From NCBI GenBank assembly GCA_002788135.1, contig PFQT01000031.1:1-40243 (forward strand): 40,243 nt of DNA. The letters run 5' to 3'. The notes below the pieces were generated by a model. That model made no database searches. It worked only from the letters and a program-made list of their open reading frames with translations, and was not told where the DNA came from. Source of the DNA: Candidatus Yonathbacteria bacterium CG_4_8_14_3_um_filter_46_25 (GTDB lineage: Bacteria > Patescibacteriota > Minisyncoccia > Phycocordibacterales > UBA1539). Position 1 is the stretch's first letter; every line of letters starts with the position of its first letter. Position numbers and translations under genes: made by a program. Of the stretch, positions 16,624-27,175 are shown piece by piece.

Positions 16624-17517
16624 TTACAATTTTTCCGCGATGCGTAAGTGCGCGCTTCGGCTTCGTGGATTGCGTCTTTTTTCTTCATCGCTTGGCACAA
16701 TCGGTTTTTTGGTGATTATGACGCAAAGACCTGTCTTTGCTGATTCCCGAAAAAAATTTTTAACGATTCGATCCTCGCCACTATGAAAAGAAATGATCGC
16801 GATCCTCCCTCCTTTATTGAGCCGCTCAAGCGCCTTGCCTATTCCTTCGGTCAAAGCGGAAAATTCATCATTGACCGCGATGCGCAACGCCTGAAATGTT
16901 TTTGTGGCCGGATGAATTTTTCCGAATCGATAACCATGCGGTACGCTTCTTTCAATAATGGCGACAAGGTTTCCTGTTCGCTCAATCGGCTTTATCTTCC
17001 TTTCTTTGACAATCTCCCGCGCGATCCGTTTTGCGAATCGCTCTCCGCCATAACCATAGATGACATCAGTAATGCTCTGTTCCGTCCATGTATTAACGAT
17101 CTCCCGAGCGGTGAAAGCGCAGGTTTCAAGGTCAGGACAAAATGTCATCAGAAGTGGTTCATCCTTCTGGAAGGAAAAACCACGTTTGCTTTCATCAAGC
17201 TGCCGCGAACTCAATCCGATATCGAACAATGCTTTGTCAACCGTTTGAATCCCATGCTTTTCAAGTACCCGATCGAGATTCCTGAAGTTATCATGCGCCA
17301 GAATGATCGTGCATCGTGACGCGCCAAGGTTTCTACGCGCTTCCACAAGAGCATCCGTATCTTCGTCAATGCCAATAATGGTCCCCTTCTCGTCAAGATA
17401 TTGCGCTATCAAAGAGCTATGCCCTCCTTCATTCACTGTCGCATCAAGAACCGTATCTCCTGATTTGATAGAAAGACCCTCTATCGCTTCTTTAACAAGT
17501 ACCGGGGTGTGTGCCAT
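16624..17517 (-). CDS. rsmH: 16S rRNA C1402 N4-methyltransferase
   Basis: HTPVLVKE, DIGLSSRQLD..RGFSF, HPATKTFQALRIAVNDE, ISFHSGEDRIVK, NPRSRSAHLR. Confidence 0.96.
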   Translation of the reverse strand: MAHTPVLVKEAIEGLSIKSGDTVLDATVNEGGHSSLIAQYLDEKGTIIGIDEDTDALVEARRNLGASRCTIILAHDNFRNLDRVLEKHGIQTVDKALFDIGLSSRQLDESKRGFSFQKDEPLLMTFCPDLETCAFTAREIVNTWTEQSITDVIYGYGGERFAKRIAREIVKERKIKPIERTGNLVAIIERSVPHGYRFGKIHPATKTFQALRIAVNDEFSALTEGIGKALERLNKGGRIAIISFHSGEDRIVKNFFRESAKTGLCVIITKKPIVPSDEEKRRNPRSRSAHLRIAEKL

Positions 17518-17522
17518 GGGAT

Positions 17523-17957
17523 CTACAATACCCCTACCTCGCCAAGCTTCTCCGCCAACACGTCTGCCGACTTTTCAATCTTTTTCTTGTAGAGGTTCCA
17601 TGCTTTTTCATCCCATATCTCGACACGGTCATGGACTCCCACCACGGCAACCTTGTTCTTGAGCCCGGCAAACTCTTTCAAAAAATCAGGCAAGAGCACT
17701 CTTCCGAGCGAATCGACATCAGTCTCGACCGCGCCTCCGAACATAAAACGATTCATCCCGCGTGAATCGGATTGCCCGACGGAAAGTTCAACCAACTTCC
17801 CCGCCATACGTTCCCAATCTTTCAGAGAATAAACGAACAGGCAGTTATCGAATCCATGAGTGATAACAACCTTTTTCCCCATCTCCTTCCGAAATTTTGC
17901 GGGTAAGGAAATCCGCTTTTTGGGATCCAGAGTATGTGTATATTCGCCGATCAACAT
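17523..17957 (-). CDS. mraZ: Division/cell wall cluster transcriptional regulator MraZ
   Basis: MLIGEYTHTLDPKKRISLPAKFR...DSLGRVLLP...RVEIWD; ATG at 17957. Confidence 0.95.
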   Translation of the reverse strand: MLIGEYTHTLDPKKRISLPAKFRKEMGKKVVITHGFDNCLFVYSLKDWERMAGKLVELSVGQSDSRGMNRFMFGGAVETDVDSLGRVLLPDFLKEFAGLKNKVAVVGVHDRVEIWDEKAWNLYKKKIEKSADVLAEKLGEVGVL

Positions 17958-18044
17958 ATTAAAATATTGTGCGGATATCGCCCGCCTGCGGTTCCGGAAG
18001 AATACCCAACTTTTAGTGCCCAAAAGCGAGAAAAAAGGTTTTTA

Positions 18045-18089
18045 CCACTTAATCCCACTTCGTATATATTGTATACCACTATTTACCAC
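18045..18089 (-). promoter_or_regulatory. MraZ-box array (GTGG repeats) around the dcw promoter
   Basis: CCAC at 18045, 18055, 18076 and 18086 (about 10-bp phasing), flanking a minus-strand TACAAT at 18068-18073. Confidence 0.7.
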
Positions 18090-18118
18090 ATCGCCAAACA
18101 AAGTTATCCACAATACAC

Positions 18119-18138
18119 AAAAAGCCCCTATCAGGGGC
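18119..18138 (-). terminator. Intrinsic terminator after lysS
   Basis: GCCCCT-ATC-AGGGGC hairpin with an A5 run on its left (U-tract on the minus strand). Confidence 0.6.
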
Positions 18139-18162
18139 GTTTTGAGCCATCGCGGAATATAT

Positions 18163-19644
18163 TTATTTATCTCTTTGGTCTCCTCGTGGGCGCATCGTCG
18201 GAAAGAGGATGACCTCTCGAATGTTATGCGTGTCAGTCAGAAGCATGGTAAGGCGTTCGATACCGATACCAACACCGCCCGCCGGTGGCATGCCGTATTC
18301 CATCGCTTCAAGATATTCTTCATCGGACGGAGAAACTTCCGGATCTCCTTCTTTTCTTTTTTTATCTTGTTCAAGGTATCGCTCGCGTTGGTCGATCGGA
18401 TCATTAAGCTCAGAGAATGCGTTGACCACCTCAAGACCACCGATAACCAACTGGAAACGATCAATAAGACGCTGATCATCCGCTTTCTTTTTCGCGAACG
18501 GAGAAAACCCGACCGGGTAATCGACAATAAAGGTTGGCTGAACAAGTTTTGGGCGACATGTTTTCTTATATATGTTATCGATAATCTTCTCAGCGCTATC
18601 GCCCGAAACAACCTCGATCCCCAGTCGGGCCGCCTTTAGTTTTAATTCTTCTCGTGTCATGTCAGCGGGATGAGAAATGAGCGCATATTGCTTCAGAAGG
18701 TCAAAAAACGCAACCACGGCGAATTTTTTTGAGAACAAGATCGTGTTACCGCCATACGTGATCGAATTTTTTCCGATCACGCCTTTGACAAGAGATTTCA
18801 TTGTCTCTTCGACAAACACCATTTGTTTTTCGGCATTGCTATAACTCTCATAAAACTCAAGCATAGTGAACTCCGGGTTATGGGTTACGTCAATGCCTTC
18901 GTTCCTGAAATTGCGTCCAATCTCGTAAACTTTACTGAAGCCACCAACGAGTAATTTCTTCAAATAAAGCTCGGGAGCTATTCGCAATGCGAGATTGATA
19001 TCGAGTGTGTTGTGGTGTGTTATGAACGGCTCTGCGTTGGCACCCCCCGCAAGCACTTGAAGTATCGGTGTTTCCACCTCGAGATAGCCCGCGGTGTCTA
19101 AAACACTCCTTAGAAACTTGATAATAGCGGAGCGAACAAGGAAACGATCTTTCCCTTCCGGTGACATCAGGGTATCAAGATATCGCCTTCGGGAACGCTC
19201 TTCCGTGTCTTGAAGTCCATGCCATTTATCAGGAAGCGGACGAAGGCTTTTAGCAAGCATGCGCCATTTTTTTACAAGGATCGTTTTTTCTTTTCGGTTA
19301 GTAAGAAAAAGAGGGCCGGAAGCCTCTATAAAATCGCCAATATCCACGGTATCAATAAAAAGCTCGCGAACTTCTACATCGATCTCATCTTTTTTTATCA
19401 ATCCCTGAAGAGTTCCCGTGCCATCATTGAGGTCAAAAAATATAACGGCTCCTTGCCCGCGTATCGCCATTACCCGTCCGACCGCCGTTATTGTTTTCTT
19501 TTTTGAAAACTTTATGAACGAAGAAACGATTTCGCCGAGTGATTCAGTGGCGAAAGAATCGCTCGGATAGGGATTGATTCCCTTATCACGTAAAACGTGA
19601 AGTTTTTTTATACGCTCATTTCTGATTTCCTCTAGAGAAGCCAT
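18163..19644 (-). CDS. lysS: Lysine--tRNA ligase (class II)
   Basis: LPDKWHGL, GGANAEPFITHHN, LRIAPELYLK, FRNEGID.THNPEF, YGMPPAGGVGIGIERL; ATG at 19644. Confidence 0.97.
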   Translation of the reverse strand: MASLEEIRNERIKKLHVLRDKGINPYPSDSFATESLGEIVSSFIKFSKKKTITAVGRVMAIRGQGAVIFFDLNDGTGTLQGLIKKDEIDVEVRELFIDTVDIGDFIEASGPLFLTNRKEKTILVKKWRMLAKSLRPLPDKWHGLQDTEERSRRRYLDTLMSPEGKDRFLVRSAIIKFLRSVLDTAGYLEVETPILQVLAGGANAEPFITHHNTLDINLALRIAPELYLKKLLVGGFSKVYEIGRNFRNEGIDVTHNPEFTMLEFYESYSNAEKQMVFVEETMKSLVKGVIGKNSITYGGNTILFSKKFAVVAFFDLLKQYALISHPADMTREELKLKAARLGIEVVSGDSAEKIIDNIYKKTCRPKLVQPTFIVDYPVGFSPFAKKKADDQRLIDRFQLVIGGLEVVNAFSELNDPIDQRERYLEQDKKRKEGDPEVSPSDEEYLEAMEYGMPPAGGVGIGIERLTMLLTDTHNIREVILFPTMRPRGDQRDK

Positions 19645-19710
19645 GCGTTTTAACTCGGAACAAAACAGGACAATGCGCATCATACGCAGAGCATTATTTT
19701 ATTGAAATAA

Positions 19711-20181
19711 CTATTTGATATCAATAATCTCACACGTTACCGCTCCTTTCGGAGTGGAATATGTGACCATGTCACCTTTCCCTTTTCCAAGAAGTGCCTC
19801 AATTATCGGCGATCGATACGATATTTTTCCAGAATCCATGTCGGCCTCTTCAGAACCGACGACGTGATAAGTACGAGATTCTGTATCACCTTTCTTTCTT
19901 ATAACGATAGTACACCCGACCTGTACGACCGTATGCTTCCCCTTCGTTGTGGTAACTTCCGCGGCAGAGAGTATTGATTCAAGCTCGATGATCCTACCTT
20001 CGAGCGTCGCTTGGTTTTGTCGAGCTTCTTGATACTCGGCGTTCTCCGATAAATCGCCGAGTGATTTCGCAAACTCAAGTTGCTCGGCAATATCCTTGCG
20101 TTTTGTCGTTTTTGATAACTCAAGCTCTTTCCGGAGCTCATTTATCTTTTCCTGACTCAAATATTGTTTTTCTTCATTCAT
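19711..20181 (-). CDS. greA: Transcription elongation factor GreA
   Basis: GDLSENAEY, VGSEEAD...KISYRSPI..ALLGK. Confidence 0.96.
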   Translation of the reverse strand: MNEEKQYLSQEKINELRKELELSKTTKRKDIAEQLEFAKSLGDLSENAEYQEARQNQATLEGRIIELESILSAAEVTTTKGKHTVVQVGCTIVIRKKGDTESRTYHVVGSEEADMDSGKISYRSPIIEALLGKGKGDMVTYSTPKGAVTCEIIDIK

Positions 20182-20240
20182 GTCCGGCTATTTTATATGT
20201 TTTTACCTGTTTCGTCAATGACACCGTACAGTTAACCATC

Positions 20241-21929
20241 CTACTTCACATACTCCGGCGTGTTGATCGCCATCCATTCGAAGAACTGGCGCATAACGTA
20301 AAGTCCGCCAACGGTATTGTTGTGAGGGCCTTGTTCCATGACCACCGTAAACGCATAATGCGGATTCTCATACGGGAAAAAGCCAACTACCCATGAGTTT
20401 ATGAACTGATTCGCCGTACCGATCTCGGCCGTCCCCGTTTTTGCTGCGACATTGATGTACGGCAGGTCAAGACCTTTTGCGGTGCCGTGTGTTACCGCAA
20501 GCCGCATTCCATCCCGCACCACCGCCAGAACATCTTTGTTAACACCACTGATCGGCGTCGTGGATACCATATCCCCAAGACGTACGTGAGGAGTTACGAG
20601 CGCTCCACCGTTCGCAATCGCCGCGATTCCACGCACCATTTGCACAGGCGAAACCTGAAAACCATACTGTCCAATCACGGTGTGATATGTATCTCCCACT
20701 CGCCATGGATCTCCGTTGAACATCGCCAATTTCCACTCCGGATTCGGTATCACTCCGTCAACATCGCCTGGGAGATCGATATCGGTGTAGTCACCAAAAC
20801 CGAAAAGCCGCGCGTACTTTTCAATTCCCGCAATGCCAATCCCTTTTTGCGTCTTGAATCCCCCGCCCACTTCGTAAAAATAAACGTCCGAAGAAACGGC
20901 AAGAGCTTCTTTTATATCAACGGGACCATGTGCTTTCCAGTCGTTAAAAACCGAGAACTGGTCGGGGAAGTACGGATTGGGAACGGAGATCGAACCGGCA
21001 CTCACGATTTTGTCGTCAGGAGTCACAACCTTCTCTTCAAGCACTCCGACGGCAACAAACGGTTTTACTGTTGAGCCCGGTGTATAAAGCCCCGACACTG
21101 CTCGGTTAAGGAAAGGAGTACTCCTGTCGTTTTGATAAGAGCGTATGGTGGAGATGTCATCTCCTTCCGTCATCACGCTTGAACTGTATTCCGGCACACT
21201 CGCAAGAGCGATAATCTCGCCCGTCTTTATGTCCATGATAACACCCGCTCCTCCCGTATATTTGTACTCCGCGATAAGCAAAGCGATCAAATCGTACATC
21301 TTCTCTTCCATGCGTGCGTCGACTGAAAGTGTAATGCTTTCTCCATCTGTGGGAGGATAGATGATACTTCCGAGACGAGTATTCATAAAAGCATCAGTCT
21401 CCACTATTCTCGTGCCCGCCTCACCGGCGAGAAGATCGTCGTAATACTTTTCCGCGCCGTCTTTTCCTACATAATTTTTTTGATAATAAAGTCCGGAACT
21501 GTCGGCGGCAGGATACCCGACATACCCGATAATGTGCGCCAATCCATGCATATCCGCGTACGATCTTTTCGAAAAATCTCCGTCACGCGGAGAGTTCCAC
21601 GCTAACTCAATGCCGTTCCGGTCGTAGATAACCCCGCGTTCGGGGAAGATCGGCAGATGACGAAGACGGTTATTTTCGCTCTCTTCAGCAAATGCCGCGC
21701 CGCTTGCAACCTGCAAGCTGGCAATTCGCGCAACAAAGATCACGCCAACACACACAAAAAAAATCCCCAGCATAAAAAAGGTTTTTTTTGAGATCGGTTT
21801 TTCCAAAATCCCTTCAAATTGATATGTATCAAAATCAGGCAAGTTAGCCGAATCGAGAAATATCTCATCGGGATCAATACTCGCCTTCATGGCATTCCTT
21901 TTTTTTGATAAAAAATTATTCCCCCGCAT
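20241..21929 (-). CDS. mrdA: Penicillin-binding protein 2 (elongasome)
   Basis: ERGVIYDRNG, NRAVSGLYTPGSTVK, SSDVYFY, AKTGTAE; downstream of mreBC. Confidence 0.88.
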   Translation of the reverse strand: MRGNNFLSKKRNAMKASIDPDEIFLDSANLPDFDTYQFEGILEKPISKKTFFMLGIFFVCVGVIFVARIASLQVASGAAFAEESENNRLRHLPIFPERGVIYDRNGIELAWNSPRDGDFSKRSYADMHGLAHIIGYVGYPAADSSGLYYQKNYVGKDGAEKYYDDLLAGEAGTRIVETDAFMNTRLGSIIYPPTDGESITLSVDARMEEKMYDLIALLIAEYKYTGGAGVIMDIKTGEIIALASVPEYSSSVMTEGDDISTIRSYQNDRSTPFLNRAVSGLYTPGSTVKPFVAVGVLEEKVVTPDDKIVSAGSISVPNPYFPDQFSVFNDWKAHGPVDIKEALAVSSDVYFYEVGGGFKTQKGIGIAGIEKYARLFGFGDYTDIDLPGDVDGVIPNPEWKLAMFNGDPWRVGDTYHTVIGQYGFQVSPVQMVRGIAAIANGGALVTPHVRLGDMVSTTPISGVNKDVLAVVRDGMRLAVTHGTAKGLDLPYINVAAKTGTAEIGTANQFINSWVVGFFPYENPHYAFTVVMEQGPHNNTVGGLYVMRQFFEWMAINTPEYVK

Positions 21930-22191
21930 AGAATCTTGTTTGTTTCTTAAACGTGGTCAGCGCGACATAGAGTACCATACCGCTGACGGTATAAACAAAT
22001 CGAAACCCCCAAAAAAACGCGCCTCCCCCGTAGAGAAGATCGAGGATCAATCCCGCCAGTATGATCTCATAATATCGTTTGAAAAAAAACGTGGCAAAAA
22101 CAAGCAAGCAGACCGTAATCCACCACAATGGAGCACAGAAGATCGAAAGAATGACAACGATGTCAACAATGATCCGGCGCGTCATAATCAT
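21916..22191 (-). CDS. Small membrane protein in the mreD position (MreD-like)
   Basis: Very hydrophobic 91 aa with AGLILDLLYG, located between mreC and mrdA. Confidence 0.65.
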   Translation of the reverse strand: MIMTRRIIVDIVVILSIFCAPLWWITVCLLVFATFFFKRYYEIILAGLILDLLYGGGAFFWGFRFVYTVSGMVLYVALTTFKKQTRFYAGE

Positions 22192-22982
22192 TTTTTTATT
22201 TCTTTGTCACGTAAAACAACCTCAACCTCGCGAACCTGACGAGAATCGACTACATCACGAAAGAGGATCAGTTTGAAAGGATCACTTGTCTTCACATCAA
22301 TATATTCAACATATCCGACGATACGTGGCATGATACCCGGGAGAAGCACCACATCGCCTTCCGCTATAGCGATATCGCGCGGAAGCCGTATCTCGTAATT
22401 GCCGCCTGCGCGCCCCTTTGCGGTTGTCGTGATCTTTTCATCACCAACCAAAACATCGGTGAGTTCTCCGGGCGAAGAAAAAAGCACCACTTTCGAAGAG
22501 CGCTTAAGCACTTCGGTCACCTTGCCGATCATGATGTTACCCGCATACAAAACCTCGTCTCCTATCTCGACACCAAAATCCTCTCCGATGTCTATAATAA
22601 GCGTATCATAAAGCGACTGCCCCGGACCAGCGAGGACCGAAGCAAGCACAGTTCGGTCAAGAACACTGCGCCCCATAGCTTCCTTGAGATCAAGATTTTC
22701 CTCAAAAAGAAGATTGCGATCAAGAAGCTTCATACTAAGAACTCGGAGATCTTCTTTAAGTTTCGTATTTTCATCAACAAGACTTTTCTTTGAACGAACA
22801 AGATTGCGAAATCCTCCCCAAAGATTACCTGCGTAGTTCTGTGTTTTCCACAAAGACACAGCCATAAAGCCAACACTCCGCGAAAGAAACCCGTAACCAT
22901 CGGCAAACAAAAAGATACTGACCAACCCAACCGTAACAAAAAAGGTGATTGTTCTTTTTTGGATATTTCTTTGTTTTCTCAT
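22188..22982 (-). CDS. mreC: Rod shape-determining protein MreC
   Basis: TM, coiled coil (ENTKLK..ENLDLK), IIDIGEDFGV..GD and IGKV; follows mreB; ATG at 22982. Confidence 0.9.
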   Translation of the reverse strand: MRKQRNIQKRTITFFVTVGLVSIFLFADGYGFLSRSVGFMAVSLWKTQNYAGNLWGGFRNLVRSKKSLVDENTKLKEDLRVLSMKLLDRNLLFEENLDLKEAMGRSVLDRTVLASVLAGPGQSLYDTLIIDIGEDFGVEIGDEVLYAGNIMIGKVTEVLKRSSKVVLFSSPGELTDVLVGDEKITTTAKGRAGGNYEIRLPRDIAIAEGDVVLLPGIMPRIVGYVEYIDVKTSDPFKLILFRDVVDSRQVREVEVVLRDKEIKK

Positions 22983-22995
22983 ACTCGCAAAGCGA

Positions 22996-24054
22996 TCACC
23001 GGCCAAGCGTGGATAGTAAATTATCATTACCCTCGATCAACACATCTTTGAAGTGTTCAATGTCGCCGAGGACTATGCCGGTCCCGCGAACAACTGTTGT
23101 AAGCGGATCATTGGTGATATAGATTGGTATCTTGAGCGCGCTGTGTAAAAGCCCATCAAGGCCGCGCAAGAGCGCACCACCCCCCGTAAGGACAATGCCA
23201 CGATTCATAACGTCGGAAAGTATCTCCGGCGGCGTTGTTTCGAGCACTTCCTTTACGGAATCGACAAGACTTCCGACTGACTGCGCGAGTGCCTCTCGTA
23301 TGTCAGAATCGGTTATGATCACCTCGCGTGGGAGTCCGGCAACAAGGTCACGGCCTTTCACCGATGCCTCCATAGGCGAATCTCCCTCCGCAACGGATCC
23401 AATCGCGATTTTCACATCTTCGGCCGTTTTTTCACCAATGAGTATTTTAAACTCGTCCCGAATATACGAAATGATATCCTCGTTAAGTTTGTCTCCAGCG
23501 ACTCTCAAATTTTTTGATCGAACAATACCACCGAGCGAAATAACGGCAATATCGGTAGTTCCTCCGCCAATATCAATGATCATGCTCCCCACCGGATCAC
23601 CGACCGGCAAAAGCGCTCCGATCGCGGCAGCCATCGGCTCTTCAATGATATGCACCTCGCGAGCACCCGCGCTCTTTGTCGCATCATATACAGCACGTGT
23701 TTCAACATTCGTTATGCCTGATGGAGCGCCAATGACCACCCGAGGACGCAACTTTTTCTTCGCTATCCTCTGCGTTTTATTGATAAGGTAAGCAAGCATC
23801 TCCTCAGCAACCTCGAAATTCGATATCACGCCTTCAACAAGCGGACGAATGGCAACGATATGGTTCGGAGTACGACCAATCATTTGCTTCGCGTCAGCCC
23901 CAACGGCGACAACCCTTCCTGTTTTTTGGTTAAGCGCAACAACAGAGGGTTCATTGATCACGATGCCATGGTCGGCAAGATAGACCAACGTATTGGATGT
24001 ACCAAGATCAATACCAATGTCACCGGAAAACAAACTGTAAAATTTTTTGAACAT
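22996..24054 (-). CDS. mreB: Rod shape-determining protein MreB
   Basis: GIDLGTSNT, EPSVVA, EEPMAAAIGA, DIGGGTTD, TGGGALLRGLD. Confidence 0.96.
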   Translation of the reverse strand: MFKKFYSLFSGDIGIDLGTSNTLVYLADHGIVINEPSVVALNQKTGRVVAVGADAKQMIGRTPNHIVAIRPLVEGVISNFEVAEEMLAYLINKTQRIAKKKLRPRVVIGAPSGITNVETRAVYDATKSAGAREVHIIEEPMAAAIGALLPVGDPVGSMIIDIGGGTTDIAVISLGGIVRSKNLRVAGDKLNEDIISYIRDEFKILIGEKTAEDVKIAIGSVAEGDSPMEASVKGRDLVAGLPREVIITDSDIREALAQSVGSLVDSVKEVLETTPPEILSDVMNRGIVLTGGGALLRGLDGLLHSALKIPIYITNDPLTTVVRGTGIVLGDIEHFKDVLIEGNDNLLSTLGR

Positions 24055-24069
24055 ATTTTTTCAAATTTA

Positions 24070-25329
24070 TTACTGATTCGTATTTTTTGACAAAAGATCG
24101 ATCAATTTTTCTTTTTGAACTATCATCCCTGCTAATTCTGTCCGGCCTTTCATCTCCACGCCACCCGCACGAATGCTTTTTTCGCTCACAACGACACGCG
24201 TTGGAATTCCAATAAGATCCGCGTCCGCGAACTTCTCTCCCGCATTCACGTTTCGATCATCATAGAGCGTGTCAAATCCTTCACGAGAGAGCATGCCGTA
24301 TATCTCTTGTGCGGCCATAGCAACGTTCGCAGATTCGGCACTTTTAACCTCGACAACATGCGCGGCGAACGGCGCTACCGATGCGGGCCACACGATTCCC
24401 GCCTTGTCGGCAAGCACTTCGACGATTGCACCCATCAATCTGCCTAATCCGATACCATAACACCCCATAATGACCGGGTGGTCTTTCCCTTCAGAATCTT
24501 TGTACGCAAGCCCGAACGGATCGGAAAACTTATTCTTAAGTTTAAAAGTATTCCCGACCTCGATCGCTTTTTCGGTTTTTAATTTTTTTCCTCCGCATTC
24601 CGGACATTCTTTTTGTTCAGCGATTATTTCTTCATTTATCGCCGTAGAACATGAGTCGCATATATGAATCGTATCCTCGCCCGCTCCCGTTACTGTTTGA
24701 AATTCGTGAGAATATTTGGAAAAACTTCCACCGGAAGCAAAGGTTAAATGCGTAATATCGCCAAGACCGACTCGCTTGAAAATATTTTTATACGCGGTTA
24801 TCATAACCTCGTAATGGCGATCAAGGTCTTCCTCGTCGGCATGAAACGAATAAAAGTCCTTCATAAGAAATTCCCGACCGCGCAATACTCCCGATTTTGA
24901 ACGAAGTTCCATTCTAAATTTATTCTGAATTTGATACACATACATCGGCAGGTCACGATATGAAGCAATGAACTGTTTCGCGAGCGGAACAACTATTTCT
25001 TCATGGGTCGGACCAAGCGCAAATTCTTTTTTTGACGAATCAACAATCTTGTAAAGATCATCCATGGTGTTCCATCGATCGGTCTTTTCCCAATTTTCTT
25101 TCGGGTGCAGTGACGGCATAAGTATCTCTTGCCCGCCGGCCCTGTTCATTTCATCGCGTATGATATTCGCGATCTTTTCAAGAACTCGAAGACCAAGCGG
25201 CAGATAGGTATACACACCCGCTTGAAGCTTATCGACAAAACCCGCTTTGATCAGAAGCTTCGCGTTTCGTGACACCTCTTCCGAGGGTACCTCCTTTCTT
25301 GTTTTCGTGAAGAGTTGTGACTGCAACAT
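24070..25329 (-). CDS. proS: Proline--tRNA ligase (short form without editing insertion)
   Basis: LGPTHEE, YQIQNKFR.E.R..GVLRGREF.MKD.YSF, IEVGNTFKL, MGCYGIG. Confidence 0.95.
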   Translation of the reverse strand: MLQSQLFTKTRKEVPSEEVSRNAKLLIKAGFVDKLQAGVYTYLPLGLRVLEKIANIIRDEMNRAGGQEILMPSLHPKENWEKTDRWNTMDDLYKIVDSSKKEFALGPTHEEIVVPLAKQFIASYRDLPMYVYQIQNKFRMELRSKSGVLRGREFLMKDFYSFHADEEDLDRHYEVMITAYKNIFKRVGLGDITHLTFASGGSFSKYSHEFQTVTGAGEDTIHICDSCSTAINEEIIAEQKECPECGGKKLKTEKAIEVGNTFKLKNKFSDPFGLAYKDSEGKDHPVIMGCYGIGLGRLMGAIVEVLADKAGIVWPASVAPFAAHVVEVKSAESANVAMAAQEIYGMLSREGFDTLYDDRNVNAGEKFADADLIGIPTRVVVSEKSIRAGGVEMKGRTELAGMIVQKEKLIDLLSKNTNQ

Positions 25330-25426
25330 TCGTCATATCTTACACCTAATAACGATAAAAATCAAAACGATACCCTCTAGACAAAAAGAGCGCGAATATA
25401 AAAAATTGAGCTTCGGGGTAGACCCC

Positions 25427-26551
25427 TTAAAAGACAAAAAACCGGGTTAAGTAAATCGCAAGGTCGTTGTAGGTAACGACCACCATAAGCATTATAATTA
25501 AGAAAAAACCGATGACATTGACGGCATTGGTAAGGCGAATGTCGATATCCGACCCTTTGATCGCTTCAATCAGAATGAAGAGGAATCTTCCTCCGTCAAG
25601 TGCCGGGAACGGCAAAAAGTTAATGATGGCAAGATTGATCGAAATAATGGCGGCAAGCAAAAGCACATAAACAAAACCGAATGCGCTCGCTTCCCCCACG
25701 ACACCGACAAGACCGACTGGTCCAGTAACAGAAGAGAGGTCTGCGGTGCCGGCAAAGAGCGAACCAAAAAAATGCCACAACCCGGCCGCGGTCATCGATA
25801 CAAGCGAAACGGTCATGGCCGCTCCTTCTTTGAACGCACGGAAAAACGGTAAGTGAAGCAGTCCGATTGTATCCATTGAGATCCCGATTGCCGACTCACC
25901 TTCGAGTATTCCACTTACCGGAGTAATGGAAATAACTTGTTCATTGCCGTTTCCGCGTCTATAAGTAAATCCAATCGGATCATTGCCGTGCGCGGCAATG
26001 AATCCTTTCACATCCGCCGTGTCCAAAGGATGGTTGAGAAATTCCGCTCCCGCAGAGAGAGCAACGATCTCATCCCCTACCCGCAACCCCGCCCTGTCTG
26101 CTGGAGAATTCGGAATCGTTCCGGTAATGGTAACCGCGGGACTGACCACCAACGCGATATCGCGATCGGCGACCGCATCAAGCGATGTCGGCAGTCCGAT
26201 CATAAATCCTACCGAAATGAGAACCCACGCGAGAAGGATATTTGAGACAACGCCGGCCATGACCACCATTGCCTGGGCATATTTCGGTTTAGCGAGAAAG
26301 CTTCCCGCGGAGGAACGAATGTCCGGCTCGCCCGTATCGCTCTCGCCAAATATTTTAACAAAGCCGCCTATTGGAAAGAGATTGAGTGAGTATTCCGTTT
26401 CACCGATCTTTTTTGAAATAAGTTTTGGCGGGAAACCAAAACCGAATTCATCAACACGCATACGGAAAAGTTTTGCGACAAGAAAATGCCCCGCCTCATG
26501 CGCGAGCACTAATACGGCAAGTATGACAATAAAAATAATAGCGGTCGTCAT
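25427..26551 (-). CDS. rseP: Site-2 intramembrane metalloprotease with PDZ domain
   Basis: HEAGH, PIGGFV, SPADRAGLRVGD, NFLPFPALDGGR. Confidence 0.93.
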   Translation of the reverse strand: MTTAIIFIVILAVLVLAHEAGHFLVAKLFRMRVDEFGFGFPPKLISKKIGETEYSLNLFPIGGFVKIFGESDTGEPDIRSSAGSFLAKPKYAQAMVVMAGVVSNILLAWVLISVGFMIGLPTSLDAVADRDIALVVSPAVTITGTIPNSPADRAGLRVGDEIVALSAGAEFLNHPLDTADVKGFIAAHGNDPIGFTYRRGNGNEQVISITPVSGILEGESAIGISMDTIGLLHLPFFRAFKEGAAMTVSLVSMTAAGLWHFFGSLFAGTADLSSVTGPVGLVGVVGEASAFGFVYVLLLAAIISINLAIINFLPFPALDGGRFLFILIEAIKGSDIDIRLTNAVNVIGFFLIIMLMVVVTYNDLAIYLTRFFVF

Positions 26552-26578
26552 GATATATGGCCTTTCGGCGCAATAAAT

Positions 26579-27127
26579 TTAAAACATAATATCGTGCTCT
26601 TTCTTTGAGGCGATATTTTCAAGCTTGTTATTTGTTACATCAACCAACTCCTGAAGCATATTTTTGATCCTGAATTTGTCATCTTCAGAGATTTCTTTGG
26701 TCTTCTCTTTTTCTTGCACGTCGCTCCAGAGAGCTTCCCGTTCTTTGCGAACAGAAACACGCGCTTCTTCCAATTTTCCACCGACTGCCTTCACGAACGC
26801 AACACGCCGCTCCCCTGTTAATTCGGGAAAGAATACTCTGATCCCAGCCTGATCAACAGACACCGAGATGCCGAGATTTGCGGCATCGATCGCTTTTTCC
26901 ATCGCCTTTATCTGCGTCTTGTCCCACGGAATCACACGAACCGTACGCGGGTCATCGGTGGTGATGGATGCCGCATGCGCGATCGAAGTTCTCGCTCCGT
27001 ACGCGTCAAAAGTAATCCCGTCAAGAAGTGTCGGAGTTGCCCTGCCAGTGTGAATCGACATGAGCTCTTTTGAAAACCGTTCTTCAATCGCGGTAAGGCG
27101 TTTTTTAAATGTTTGCAAATCGTACAT
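26579..27127 (-). CDS. frr: Ribosome recycling factor
   Basis: IHTGRATPTLLD, PWDK, PELTGERR, EISEDD. Confidence 0.95.
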   Translation of the reverse strand: MYDLQTFKKRLTAIEERFSKELMSIHTGRATPTLLDGITFDAYGARTSIAHAASITTDDPRTVRVIPWDKTQIKAMEKAIDAANLGISVSVDQAGIRVFFPELTGERRVAFVKAVGGKLEEARVSVRKEREALWSDVQEKEKTKEISEDDKFRIKNMLQELVDVTNNKLENIASKKEHDIMF

Positions 27128-27175
27128 AAATCACTTCAAGTATACTTCATTCCGAATACGCGTCAAAGGAAAAAT

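Noticed and set aside
2187..18112. DnaA boxes at 2187-2195, 7042-7050 and 18104-18112 as a replication origin
   Set aside because: They are isolated single boxes kilobases apart, with no cluster and no dnaA/dnaN nearby.
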